From Eubacteriales bacterium (GTDB lineage: Bacteria; Bacillota; Clostridia; Oscillospirales; CAG-272): a DNA stretch of 53,067 nucleotides. The notes beneath the pieces were generated by a model. The model searched no databases. It saw only the letters and a program-made list of their open reading frames with translations, and was not told the DNA's origin. Below, piece by piece: positions 39,847 through 49,412 of this stretch. Numbering within the stretch: position 1 is the first letter of the stretch; the number at the start of each line of letters is the position of its first letter. The position numbers and the translations under genes were made by a program. Location of the stretch: positions 1 through 53,067 of the forward strand of contig JAZOUV010000064.1 in the NCBI GenBank assembly GCA_045658315.1. Reading direction: 5' to 3'.

Positions 39847-40058
39847 ACAATCCTCCGTTTTTTTCACTAAAAAAACAAAAAAAATGCGTTTTGTTAATAA
39901 TTCTGTAAAAGAAAAGTGATATATTTCTTTTAGCCCATTTATTTTTATAGTTCAAATTTATAAATTTTACACACAAAATATTATACATTGTTCAAATATT
40001 TTTGTCAACTGATTCGCATTATTCCTTCTTTATGTTTTATTATGAAAAGGATAAGATT

Positions 40059-42104
40059 ATGAATTCATCTAAAAAATTGTCTGAAAATCGTATTTTAAAG
40101 CCATTTTTAAATTTTTCAAGAAAAACGTTAGCTTTTTTTCGTGCTCACCTTTTTTTGCGATGTCTTTGTATCGCATTTTTTACGCTTATTGTATCCGAGT
40201 CGCTCTGCCGACATTCAGTATTTGAAGCCTTTGCGTTTCTTTTTGATTCACCTTACGCATTCTTTTATAATTACATAATTATTTTGCTTACCCTTTCCGC
40301 AGCACTCTACTTTCCCAAAAAAGCTTTTGCTCTGGCAACCGTATCTTCTGTATGGATAATTCTATCCCTCATTAACTGTATCATACTTTCTTACAGAGTT
40401 ACACCCTTCTCCGCAATCGACTTTTCTATCGCAATAAATATGCTTGGGATAATTGATATTTACCTCAATCTGTTCCAGCTTTCACTCATAATAATCGGCG
40501 GTCTTCTGCTTATAACCTTGTTCGTTATTTTCTGGAAGAAAAATGCTTCAACCAAAATTGACTTCAAGAGAAACAGCGTGTTCGTTGTAGTTGTAGTTAT
40601 AGCAATGCTCATATCTGGTGCTATCGGAACTCAAACAGGACTGCTCGGCAAAAAATTTCCCAGTCTTGCCGAGGCATACAAGGATTACGGCTTTGCTTAC
40701 TGTTTTTCATTAAGTATTTTTGAAGTAGGAATAAGCGAGCCTCCCGAGTATGCAGATGATACTGTTGAAAGTATCCTTAAAGAAATTAACAACGACGTAG
40801 ATATCGCTCCCGCTAACTCCCCTAACATTATCGTCGTTCAGTTGGAATCTTTCTTCGATATCAACCGTGTTTCAAACCTCGTTACAACCGCAAACCCTAT
40901 CCCTAATTTTACATATCTGAAAAAAAATTATCCTCACGGGCTTATTACCGTCCCTTCTATTGGCGGCGGAACGGCAAATACCGAGTTTGAGATTCTTACG
41001 GGAATGAACCTTGACCACTTCGGTCCGGGAGAATATCCTTACAAAACCATTCTTCAATCAACCACCTGCGAAACACCCGCATTTACATTGAAAGAATACG
41101 GTTATTCTTCCCACGCCATACATAATCACACGGCTACCTTTTATGACCGAAATGTCGTTTACACCTCCTTGGGATTTGATACGTTTATCCCCCTTGAGAT
41201 GATGCATAACCCCGAATTTACCACTCTCGGCTGGGCGAAAGATAAAATACTTACAGAACAAATAACCGACTGTCTTTTGTCCACGGAAGGACGGGATTTC
41301 GTATTTACGGTAAGCGTTCAGGCTCACGGAAAGTATCCCGACGAAGAACTGCCCTCCGAGCACGAAATTCAAGTTGAATTACAAAACAATACCGCCTCCG
41401 AAAACAAAGCTAGTTACCGATATTATGTAGAACAGCTTCACGAAACGGATGCATTTGTCGGTGAAATAATAAATTTCTTAAAAAACTTTGAAGAACCTAC
41501 CGCCGTACTGTTTTACGGCGACCACTTCCCTACGATTTATCTTGAAGAAGATAAGCTGTTGGAAGGCTCCAAATATCAAACGGATTGGGCAATTTGGGCT
41601 AACTACGATTTAACTGCCGAAAATAAAAATATGTCAAGCTATCAGCTTATGTCACACTTTTTCTCTGCATTAGGCTCAAACCTCGGTACTACTACAAAGC
41701 TGCATCAGGCTTCAGACAAAATCGAAAACTATCAAAACAAGCTTGAAATGTTAGAATATGACATTCTCTACGGTGATATGATAACCTACGGTGGTGCAAG
41801 TCCGTATTTGAGTACAAATATCGAAATGGGTGTATATGACATTTACGTTACGTCGCTCGAATATACCGAAAATAATCTTTTGGTAAACGGAAACAGATTT
41901 AACGAATATACAAAAATTAAGCTCAACGGAAAAAACAAAGATACCGTATTCATCGATGAACACTGCGTAATGGTGGAAAATATTGATATAAGCGATTTTG
42001 AAACGCTTCAAATAGCACAGATAACCCACGACAGAACAGAACTGAGAACAAGTGCTGAATATGAAATCAGCAGCTTTATTCCCGATATAACAGACGAACA
42101 GTAA
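40059..42104 (+). CDS. LTA synthase family / sulfatase-like membrane protein
   Basis: N-terminal TM segments, PNIIVVQLESF, GGGTANTEFE (catalytic Thr), QAHG and YGDH. Confidence 0.9.
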   Translation: MNSSKKLSENRILKPFLNFSRKTLAFFRAHLFLRCLCIAFFTLIVSESLCRHSVFEAFAFLFDSPYAFFYNYIIILLTLSAALYFPKKAFALATVSSVWIILSLINCIILSYRVTPFSAIDFSIAINMLGIIDIYLNLFQLSLIIIGGLLLITLFVIFWKKNASTKIDFKRNSVFVVVVVIAMLISGAIGTQTGLLGKKFPSLAEAYKDYGFAYCFSLSIFEVGISEPPEYADDTVESILKEINNDVDIAPANSPNIIVVQLESFFDINRVSNLVTTANPIPNFTYLKKNYPHGLITVPSIGGGTANTEFEILTGMNLDHFGPGEYPYKTILQSTTCETPAFTLKEYGYSSHAIHNHTATFYDRNVVYTSLGFDTFIPLEMMHNPEFTTLGWAKDKILTEQITDCLLSTEGRDFVFTVSVQAHGKYPDEELPSEHEIQVELQNNTASENKASYRYYVEQLHETDAFVGEIINFLKNFEEPTAVLFYGDHFPTIYLEEDKLLEGSKYQTDWAIWANYDLTAENKNMSSYQLMSHFFSALGSNLGTTTKLHQASDKIENYQNKLEMLEYDILYGDMITYGGASPYLSTNIEMGVYDIYVTSLEYTENNLLVNGNRFNEYTKIKLNGKNKDTVFIDEHCVMVENIDISDFETLQIAQITHDRTELRTSAEYEISSFIPDITDEQ

Positions 42105-42112
42105 ACATCACC

Positions 42113-42151
42113 AAACAAGGCTATACACTATTCAAGTGTATAGCCTTGTTT
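42113..42151. terminator. Bidirectional terminator
   Basis: AAACAAGGCTATACACT-loop-AGTGTATAGCCTTGTTT. Confidence 0.8.
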
Positions 42152-43050
42152 TACGGTTTGCAGTTTCCGCAGGGAGAATATCCGTCAAGTATAAGCTCCT
42201 CACGTGTTCCTTTATATCCTTTTTTGTTAGCTGATACTATATCTTTAACAGAGGGACAATCAACTTTATGGAACTTTCGCGAACTTGTATTCAATATGTA
42301 CGACGCATTTTCATCTATAGCTTCGGTGTTTTCTTCTTCGCTGTAATTTTCTCCGTTCATATAGTCAATATGCACTTTAGGCTGTACGTTGTAGCAAAAC
42401 ACATTAAAGCATATTCCGTCGCCCTCATCTTCTATCGATATGGCTTCCATCAATACGCCTCTTGCCAGAAGCTCGTTATCCAAAAATATCGGCGTTACTC
42501 TATACAAAACGTGGTTTTCGGTTTCTTTTACGTAGTCTGCAACCATATCTTCAAACGGCAACATTCCCTGCACGTTCATATATCTTGTGCCTGTTATCAA
42601 ATTGCTCTTATTCGCATTCTCGCCCGTAAGCTGATAGCCTATAAGATGGCATCTGTTATATAGATACGCTCCGTCTACAAAATCGTATTTTGATATCTGC
42701 CAACCCGTAGGCTTAACCGAGCCTATTGAACCTCTTTCCTCGGTCGGCATTATATCTTTTCCTATACTCGCCATAGCATAGGTGCATCTGCCCTTGTTGT
42801 CAAGATTTCCATACTCTTCGTAGGAAGTGGTCGTATAGCTTTTTTCGTCAAAATACGGCTTGTTATCATTCACGGCAACATAAGGCTTTTTGCCGTCAAA
42901 TTCAGGTATCTTTGAATAGTCAAAATGTCCTAATGAAATCTGCTCAATTTCCCCAATGTCGCCCTCGGAATACGGTGGTACAATATAATAACAGGCAACT
43001 ACCGCAAATACAACAAGCAAGACTGCTAACGATATATATACTCTCTTCAT
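42151..43050 (-). CDS. Membrane-anchored/secreted DNA/RNA non-specific endonuclease with C-terminal Ada-like Zn domain
   Basis: N-terminal TM segment, YNRCHLIG (His-Me finger), NLITGTRYMN and YRVTP; KFHKVDC...PCGNCKP. Confidence 0.88.
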   Translation of the reverse strand: MKRVYISLAVLLVVFAVVACYYIVPPYSEGDIGEIEQISLGHFDYSKIPEFDGKKPYVAVNDNKPYFDEKSYTTTSYEEYGNLDNKGRCTYAMASIGKDIMPTEERGSIGSVKPTGWQISKYDFVDGAYLYNRCHLIGYQLTGENANKSNLITGTRYMNVQGMLPFEDMVADYVKETENHVLYRVTPIFLDNELLARGVLMEAISIEDEGDGICFNVFCYNVQPKVHIDYMNGENYSEEENTEAIDENASYILNTSSRKFHKVDCPSVKDIVSANKKGYKGTREELILDGYSPCGNCKP

Positions 43051-43445
43051 CTACCCCATACCTCACAAGTTATTTTTTCGTGCGAAGTTCCTTCAAAATC
43101 ATAGCTTTCTTCGAGTGTTCTCTCTTCAAAACCTATATCAAGCACTTTGTCAAAGGGGTAAATTCTGTTCCATCTGAACACAACTAATCTTTTTATCTTT
43201 TCGTCATATTCCTTTAAATATGCCTTTTCAACAAAACAGAAATCTTCTTCGGTCATTTTTTCCAAGAAGTTATCGTCAACTATAACCTCAAAATCCTCAA
43301 ATAGCTTTGCTGAATAACTGTCCATATAAAGCCGTCTTCCCTCAACCATAGCCTTTATACGCTCTACCACTTTTGAATCTCGGCTTTGTCTTCTGTTATT
43401 GAATATCATTCCGTTATTCTCATCTAAAACTACAAATACTGTCAT
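43047..43445 (-). CDS. Small conserved hypothetical protein with a DHFR-like sequence pattern
   Basis: SD GAGGTG precedes ATG 43445; LDENNGMIFNNRRQSRD, WNRIYPFD and FEGTSHEKIT; overlaps the nuclease start by 4 nt. Confidence 0.75.
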   Translation of the reverse strand: MTVFVVLDENNGMIFNNRRQSRDSKVVERIKAMVEGRRLYMDSYSAKLFEDFEVIVDDNFLEKMTEEDFCFVEKAYLKEYDEKIKRLVVFRWNRIYPFDKVLDIGFEERTLEESYDFEGTSHEKITCEVWGR

Positions 43446-43512
43446 AAGTTTCACCTCTCGTATTTTATTATATCAAATAAACATAACGTATGCAATATCT
43501 ATATCATAAACA

Positions 43513-43548
43513 AAAGTGGCACACTTTTTTAAAAAGTACGCCACTTTT
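43513..43548 (-). terminator. Terminator after PEPCK
   Basis: AAAGTGGC...GCCACTTT stem with an inner ACTTTT/AAAAGT pair. Confidence 0.6.
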
Positions 43549-43566
43549 AAAGTATTATCGTTTCGA

Positions 43567-45345
43567 TTATGCGAGGTTTGCTTCGAGAGTAGCAAGCTCA
43601 GCCTTAAGTTCTGTGGGAACTGTGTCGCCAATCTTTGCATAGAACTCTTTGATTCCGCCGATTTCTTCTCTCCATACTGCCTTATCAACGTTAAGAAGCT
43701 CTTTAACAACGTCAATGTCAATGTCGAGACCTTCGATGTTGATGTCTTCAGCCTTCGGAACGTAACCGATTGCTGTTTCTACAGCGTCTACCTTGCCTTC
43801 GCAACGAGCGAGGATCCAAAGAAGAACACGCATATTGTCGCCGAATCCGGGCCAAATGAAGTTGCCTTCATCATCTGTACGGAACCAGTTTACATTGAAG
43901 ATAAGGGGCTTGTTTGTAACCTTTGCACCCATTTCAATCCAATGCTTGAAGTAGTCACCCATATTGTAGCCTGCGAAAGGAAGCATTGCCATAGGGTCAC
44001 GACGAACTACGCCGACAGCACCCGCTGCAGCTGCTGTTGTTTCGGAAGCCATGATAGAGCCAACGAATACGCCGTTGTTCCAGTTACGAGACTGATATAC
44101 GAGGGGAGCTGTCTTTGCACGTCTGCCGCCGAATACGATTGCAGAAATCGGAACACCTGCGGGATTGTTAAATTCAGAAGAAATGCAGGGGCAGTTAATT
44201 GCCATAGATGTGAATCTGGAGTTGGGGTGAGCACCGCAAGTAGACTTATCCTTCTTATCGTACTTGGTGAAGTCCCACTTATTACCCTTCCAGTCAACTG
44301 CATTTGCGGGAGGGTTGTTGTCAAGACCTTCCCACCATACTGTATTGTCATCAAGATTGTGTACGACGTTTGTGAAAATAGTATCACGCATTGTTGTCTT
44401 AAGAGCGTTGGGGTTAGACTTATCATTTGTACCGGGAGCAACGCCGAAGAAGCCGTTTTCGGGGTTAACTGCCCAAAGTCTGCCGTCTGCACCAACACGG
44501 AGCCATGCGATATCGTCGCCTACGCACCATACCTTGTATCCCTGCTTGCCGTAAATTTCGGGGGGAATAAGCATTGCGAGATTAGTCTTACCGCATGCAG
44601 AGGGGAATGCTGCAGAAATATACTTAATATCGCCATTGGGATATTCAATACCGAGAATAAGCATATGCTCAGCCATCCAGCCTTCTTTTCTTCCGAGGTA
44701 AGATGCAATACGGAGTGCAAAGCACTTCTTACCGAGAAGAACGTTACCTCCGTAACCGGAGTTAATAGACCAGATAGTATTATCCTGAGGGAAATGAACG
44801 ATGTATCTGTTTTCTTCATCGAGGTCAGCTCTTGCGTGGAGACCCTTGATAAAGCCTGCATCGTCATCGGAAAGAGCAGCCAGAACCTTTGTTCCAACTC
44901 TTGTCATAATAAGCATATTGAGTACAACGTAAATTGAGTCAGTAAGCTCTATACCGATTTTTGCAAAATCAGAGCCGGGAATACCCATAGAATAAGGGAT
45001 AACATACATTGTTCTGCCCTTATATGAGCCCTTGTAAAGTTTCTTTAGCTTTTCATACATTTCTGCAGGTGCCATCCAGTTATTAAGAGGGCCTGCTTCT
45101 TCTTTTGTCTCTGTACAAATGAATGTTCTGTTTTCAACACGTGCAACGTCGTTGATAGCTGTACGGTGCAAATAGCAGCCGGGAAGCTTATCTTGGTTGA
45201 GTTTATACATTTCGGAAGTAGCACATGCTTCTTCACGGAGTGCCTCTCTCTGCTCGTCAGAACCGTCGATCCATACGATCTTGTCGGGACAAGTAAGTTC
45301 AGCCATTTCTTTGATCCATTCGTTTACATACTTGTTGGTTGTCAT
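43567..45345 (-). CDS. pckG: Phosphoenolpyruvate carboxykinase (GTP)
   Basis: DVARVE, SGYGGNVLLGKKCFALR, AEHM, FPSACGKTNLAM, VGDDIAW, NPENGFFGVAPGT and WPGFGDN. Confidence 0.97.
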   Translation of the reverse strand: MTTNKYVNEWIKEMAELTCPDKIVWIDGSDEQREALREEACATSEMYKLNQDKLPGCYLHRTAINDVARVENRTFICTETKEEAGPLNNWMAPAEMYEKLKKLYKGSYKGRTMYVIPYSMGIPGSDFAKIGIELTDSIYVVLNMLIMTRVGTKVLAALSDDDAGFIKGLHARADLDEENRYIVHFPQDNTIWSINSGYGGNVLLGKKCFALRIASYLGRKEGWMAEHMLILGIEYPNGDIKYISAAFPSACGKTNLAMLIPPEIYGKQGYKVWCVGDDIAWLRVGADGRLWAVNPENGFFGVAPGTNDKSNPNALKTTMRDTIFTNVVHNLDDNTVWWEGLDNNPPANAVDWKGNKWDFTKYDKKDKSTCGAHPNSRFTSMAINCPCISSEFNNPAGVPISAIVFGGRRAKTAPLVYQSRNWNNGVFVGSIMASETTAAAAGAVGVVRRDPMAMLPFAGYNMGDYFKHWIEMGAKVTNKPLIFNVNWFRTDDEGNFIWPGFGDNMRVLLWILARCEGKVDAVETAIGYVPKAEDINIEGLDIDIDVVKELLNVDKAVWREEIGGIKEFYAKIGDTVPTELKAELATLEANLA

Positions 45346-45415
45346 TTGATTTTGCCTCCAATTAATATAAATATTTTTTATTATTTTTATAAATAATGTA
45401 TTAATAAAACAAAGT

Positions 45416-46282
45416 TTATTTCTCTGTTTGTATTCGTTTTATCTCATCTGACAGTCTTGCAAATTGAGTTATATCAAGTCTCTCCCCTCTTATATTGGGG
45501 TCAAGTCCCGCCACCGTAACCGCTGATATTATATCTTCCTTGCTTATGTCTACCTTGCCTGACAAAGCATTCACAAGTGTCTTTCTTCGCTGCTCAAACG
45601 CCGCCTTAATCACCTTAAAAAACAGTTTTTCGTCTGCCACCTTAACAGGCGGCTCTTCATAAAGGGTTATTTGTATCACGGCTGAATCGACCTTCGGAAT
45701 AGGCATAAAGTTCCCTGCACTTACGTTAAACAGCTTTTCAACCTTGCCGTAATAGCTCACCGATGCTGTAACAGCTCCGTAATCTCCCTCTTTTGAGTTG
45801 GACGAAAGTCTGTCGGCAACTTCTTTCTGCACCATAAAAGTCATTTTTTTAAAAGGCAGTCTGCTTTCAAGCAAAAGCATCAATATGGGCGTCGTTATAT
45901 AGTATGGTAAATTTGCACACACATAAACATCTTTTCCGCTGAATTTTTCCTCAAAAAGCTTGTTTATGTCAGTCTTCATTATATCTGAATTAATAACCTC
46001 TACGTTATCAAAATCAGCCAAAGTCTCTTCAAGCACCGGAATCAGTCCACCGTCTATCTCAACAGCAACAACCTTGCCCGCAACCGCACACAATTCCCTC
46101 GTCAACGTTCCGATGCCGGGACCTATCTCAAGAATACAGTCATTTTCTCCTGCACCGCACTCGTCGGCAATACGCATCGGTATTTCTTCATTTACAAGAA
46201 AATTCTGTCCGAATTTCTTCTGAAATCTTATCCCATGCTTTTCCATCAAAGCCTTTACTGTTCCGATATTAGTAAGCTTCAT
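45416..46282 (-). CDS. rsmA: 16S rRNA dimethyltransferase RsmA/KsgA
   Basis: KKFGQNFL, LEIGPGIG, ANLPYYITTP, MVQKEVADR, PKVDS and QRRKTL. Confidence 0.96.
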   Translation of the reverse strand: MKLTNIGTVKALMEKHGIRFQKKFGQNFLVNEEIPMRIADECGAGENDCILEIGPGIGTLTRELCAVAGKVVAVEIDGGLIPVLEETLADFDNVEVINSDIMKTDINKLFEEKFSGKDVYVCANLPYYITTPILMLLLESRLPFKKMTFMVQKEVADRLSSNSKEGDYGAVTASVSYYGKVEKLFNVSAGNFMPIPKVDSAVIQITLYEEPPVKVADEKLFFKVIKAAFEQRRKTLVNALSGKVDISKEDIISAVTVAGLDPNIRGERLDITQFARLSDEIKRIQTEK

Positions 46283-46297
46283 TAATACGTTTTCCTC

Positions 46298-46326
46298 TTG
46301 ACAAAGTAATAATCCTATGCTATAAT
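46298..46326 (+). promoter_or_regulatory. Sigma-A promoter of tRNA-Thr
   Basis: TTGACA-N17-TATAAT with TG extension. Confidence 0.8.
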
Positions 46327-46338
46327 AACTCTCGGTTT

Positions 46339-46413
46339 GCCGATGTAGCACAGTGGTAGTGCAGCTGATTCGTAATCAGCAGGTCGTGGGTTCAATCCCC
46401 ACCATCGGCTCCA
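46339..46413 (+). tRNA. tRNA-Thr (anticodon CGT)
   Basis: Acceptor GCCGATG/CATCGGC, D-arm, anticodon arm GCTGA-TTCGTAA-TCAGC, T-arm GTGGG-TTCAATC-CCCAC, encoded CCA. Confidence 0.96.
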
Positions 46414-46417
46414 TTTT

Positions 46418-46972
46418 TTATTTTGTTACACTTTTTTTCGGCAAATCAAGTCTTATCATCGCAGTTATAATCGAAATCATAACAAACACCTCGGTAAGTA
46501 CTCCTGCCGTCGAACCGCATATAAAATTATATACTATCCATAATGGCGAGCTCGGCAGAGAAATTAGTCTTACCAAGCTTGCTTTTTCTATTCCCCAAGC
46601 AATTGAGGTCAACACCATACCTGCCATAGGCATCAGACTCAAAACACCCTCCCAGGTAAAGCCCACTGCAACAATGCATACTATCGAGAAAAATACTATC
46701 CACCAGTTGCTTCTTCCCCACTTCTTGTCTTTGTTAGCAAAAACAACTGAACGCACTGCCGCAATAAAATTCATCAAAGCACCGGTATATGCCTCAAGCA
46801 TTAAAAAATGGACTGCAAAAAAAGTACAGCTTATTATCTGTATAAACACAATTTTTTTCTGTGTCTTCATCTGGTACGAAATCATGGCAAAAACAAGAGC
46901 TATAAAGCCTATTATTTGGGCTATTCCGCCCTCTAAACTATCAAATTTAAATGCTTCAAGTAAGCTCTCCAT
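46418..46972 (-). CDS. YgjV family inner-membrane protein
   Basis: AQIIGFIA..SYQMK, HFLMLEAYTGA and SPLWIVYN; SD GAGG precedes ATG 46972. Confidence 0.8.
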   Translation of the reverse strand: MESLLEAFKFDSLEGGIAQIIGFIALVFAMISYQMKTQKKIVFIQIISCTFFAVHFLMLEAYTGALMNFIAAVRSVVFANKDKKWGRSNWWIVFFSIVCIVAVGFTWEGVLSLMPMAGMVLTSIAWGIEKASLVRLISLPSSPLWIVYNFICGSTAGVLTEVFVMISIITAMIRLDLPKKSVTK

Positions 46973-47139
46973 TGTTCGACCTCTTAAAAATCCATAATCA
47001 ATATATATAGTATCATATTTTTCAAAAGTTGTCAACGAGCTTCGTGTTATTTTTTGACATATTTTGGGTTGATTTTTCAAAAGAACGTACTATAATATAT
47101 ATACGGACAAGATTTAAATTCGGGGGAGATAAAAGTAAT

Positions 47140-47757
47140 ATGGAACAAAAGCAAAACTATCAAAAGCGACTTGATGACCAACTGAAAACAGTAGCTTCAA
47201 CAAATACAAAACCTTCCCTCTTGCTTCACGCCTGCTGTGCACCTTGCTCAAGCTACGTTCTTGAATATCTGAACGAACATTTTAATATTACCCTCTGCTT
47301 CTATAACCCAAACATCGCTCCCGAAGAAGAATATCTTTTTCGGGCAAACGAACTGAAACGTCTTGTCTCTGAGATGGGGCTCGAAACCAAGGTTAATATT
47401 TTAATTCCCGAATATACACCAAGTGATTTTGAAGTAATTGCAAAAGGCAAAGAAGAGCAGCCTGAACGCGGCTCACGCTGTACCGACTGTTATTACCTCA
47501 GACTAAAAAAGACCTTTGAAATAGCCGAGAAACGAGCATTTAACTTTTTTTCTACCACTCTTTCGATAAGTCCACACAAAGATGCAGACAGGATAAACGG
47601 TATCGGAGAAAAGCTTGCGGAAAGCAGCTCGGTAAAATGGCTCTACTCTGATTTTAAAAAGAAAAACGGTTACAAGCGTTCAATTGAACTCTCTCAAAAA
47701 TATAACCTATACAGACAAAACTACTGTGGCTGTGTCTATTCAAAAAACTCCCGTTAA
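47140..47757 (+). CDS. queH: Epoxyqueuosine reductase QueH
   Basis: LLLHACCAPCS, FYNPNI, PERGSRCTDC, TTLSISPHK and YRQNYCGCVYS. Confidence 0.95.
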   Translation: MEQKQNYQKRLDDQLKTVASTNTKPSLLLHACCAPCSSYVLEYLNEHFNITLCFYNPNIAPEEEYLFRANELKRLVSEMGLETKVNILIPEYTPSDFEVIAKGKEEQPERGSRCTDCYYLRLKKTFEIAEKRAFNFFSTTLSISPHKDADRINGIGEKLAESSSVKWLYSDFKKKNGYKRSIELSQKYNLYRQNYCGCVYSKNSR

Positions 47758-47772
47758 ATCAACAAAAAAGCT

Positions 47773-47810
47773 AATAACACCCTGCTTTTATAAAAGCAGG
47801 GTGTTATTTT
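47773..47810 (+). terminator. Terminator after queH
   Basis: AATAACACCCTGCTTT...AAAGCAGGGTGTTATTTT. Confidence 0.8.
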
Positions 47811-47927
47811 GTTTTAAGAATTATTTTTTTACAATGCCCTAACTTATTTCAGCAGAAGCATACTTCAAAACTTATTGGAATAACCTTGGCAATTGGTGCT
47901 GATAATAAACCTATAAGGAGTGATAGT

Positions 47928-49229
47928 ATGAATTCTGTTTGGGTTGAGGGTGCAAAGCACTCAAAGTTTGAGTCGTTAAAAGGCAGTGCCAATACAGATG
48001 TGTTGATTATCGGCGGAGGAATGGCGGGCATATTGTGTGCTTATATGTTGAAAAACGCAGGTGTAGATTGTGTTTTGGTAGAGGCGAAGCAAATATGCGA
48101 AGGAATAACAAAGAATACTACGGCAAAGATTACGCTTCAGCACGGTTTAATATACGATAAGCTTATAAGACGGTTTGGTGACGATAGGGCACGAATGTAT
48201 TTATCAGCACAAAACAAGGCGGCACAGGAGTTTGAGCGTTTGTGCCGAAATATTGAATGTGATTACGAAAAAAAGGATTCTTATGTGTATTCTTTAAACG
48301 ACCGAGCAAAAATCGAAAGAGAGATTACCGCACTGAATAAGCTCGGTTTTAACGCGGAGTTTTCTCAGGCCAAAAATTTACCGTTTAGAGTGAAGGGCTC
48401 TGTTTGCATAAAGGGACAAGCACAGTTTCACCCGCTGCGGTTTGCTTATGAAATTGCGAAAGAGCTTCCGATATACGAGAATACAAAGGTTTTGGAGATG
48501 ATGCCGTACAAGGTGATAACCGAACACGGTATAATCAAGTGCAAAAAGATGATAGTTGCAACCCATTTCCCGATATTGAATAAGCACGGCGGATATTATT
48601 TGAAGATGTATCAGCATCGCTCGTATGTATTGGCATTGGAGGGGGCAGGAAGTGTAGACGGCATGTATGTTGATGAGAGTGACTTAGGGTTATCTTTTCG
48701 TAATTACAACAACCTTTTATTGCTTGGCGGCGGGTCTCACCGTACAGGTAAAAAGGGCGGTAATTGGCGTGAGCTTGAAGCGTTTGCGGGCAGATATTAT
48801 CCGTCTGCAAAGGTTGTAAATAAATGGGCGACACAGGACTGTATGACTCTTGACGGTGTGCCGTACATCGGACAATATGCTAAAAATACCCCCGATTTAT
48901 ATGTTGCGACCGGCTTTAATAAGTGGGGTATGACGTCGTCAATGGTGGCGGCAATGATATTGACGGATTTAGTGAAAGGCAAAAAGAATGAATATGCCGA
49001 GGTGTTTGATCCGTCGCGTTCTATGTTGCACCCCCAACTTGCCGTAAATGCGTTTGAATCATTGATGGGCATTTTAACACCGACAACACCGAGATGTCCG
49101 CATCTTGGTTGTGCTTTGAAGTATAATCCTTATGAACATTCATGGGATTGTCCCTGTCACGGCTCACGTTTTACCGAAAAAGGCGAGCTGATAGACAACC
49201 CCGCCACAGATGATAAAAAAGGTATATAA
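47928..49229 (+). CDS. FAD-dependent oxidoreductase with C-terminal Rieske domain (YhfW-like)
   Basis: IIGGGMAG, TKNTTAKIT, WATQD and GFNKWGMT; Rieske motifs CPHLGC and WDCPCHGSRF. Confidence 0.9.
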   Translation: MNSVWVEGAKHSKFESLKGSANTDVLIIGGGMAGILCAYMLKNAGVDCVLVEAKQICEGITKNTTAKITLQHGLIYDKLIRRFGDDRARMYLSAQNKAAQEFERLCRNIECDYEKKDSYVYSLNDRAKIEREITALNKLGFNAEFSQAKNLPFRVKGSVCIKGQAQFHPLRFAYEIAKELPIYENTKVLEMMPYKVITEHGIIKCKKMIVATHFPILNKHGGYYLKMYQHRSYVLALEGAGSVDGMYVDESDLGLSFRNYNNLLLLGGGSHRTGKKGGNWRELEAFAGRYYPSAKVVNKWATQDCMTLDGVPYIGQYAKNTPDLYVATGFNKWGMTSSMVAAMILTDLVKGKKNEYAEVFDPSRSMLHPQLAVNAFESLMGILTPTTPRCPHLGCALKYNPYEHSWDCPCHGSRFTEKGELIDNPATDDKKGI

Positions 49230-49412
49230 ATACCAAAAGGGCGACTCACATGAGCCACCCTTTAAAATTTGGTATGCATAACTCGAATCCGTTACAAGCT
49301 CTCAATATGTAAAGATAACACAATATTAATAAAAGTAAGACTTTTATTTTGAAAAGTTTTGCACGGGGTTTCAAATGTTTGCTGAATTACCGAGAGGCAA
49401 AACCAAAACAGC

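Noticed and set aside
43516..44937. 473-aa plus-strand ORF
   Set aside because: Antisense shadow of PEPCK; no recognisable motifs or RBS. Long shadows are expected opposite genes with strong codon bias.
46353..46997. 214-aa plus-strand ORF
   Set aside because: Begins inside tRNA-Thr and runs antisense to the ygjV-like gene.
46973..47139. preQ1 riboswitch upstream of queH or the ygjV-like gene
   Set aside because: No preQ1-like stem-loop with A-rich tail seen; the region is explained by divergent promoters.
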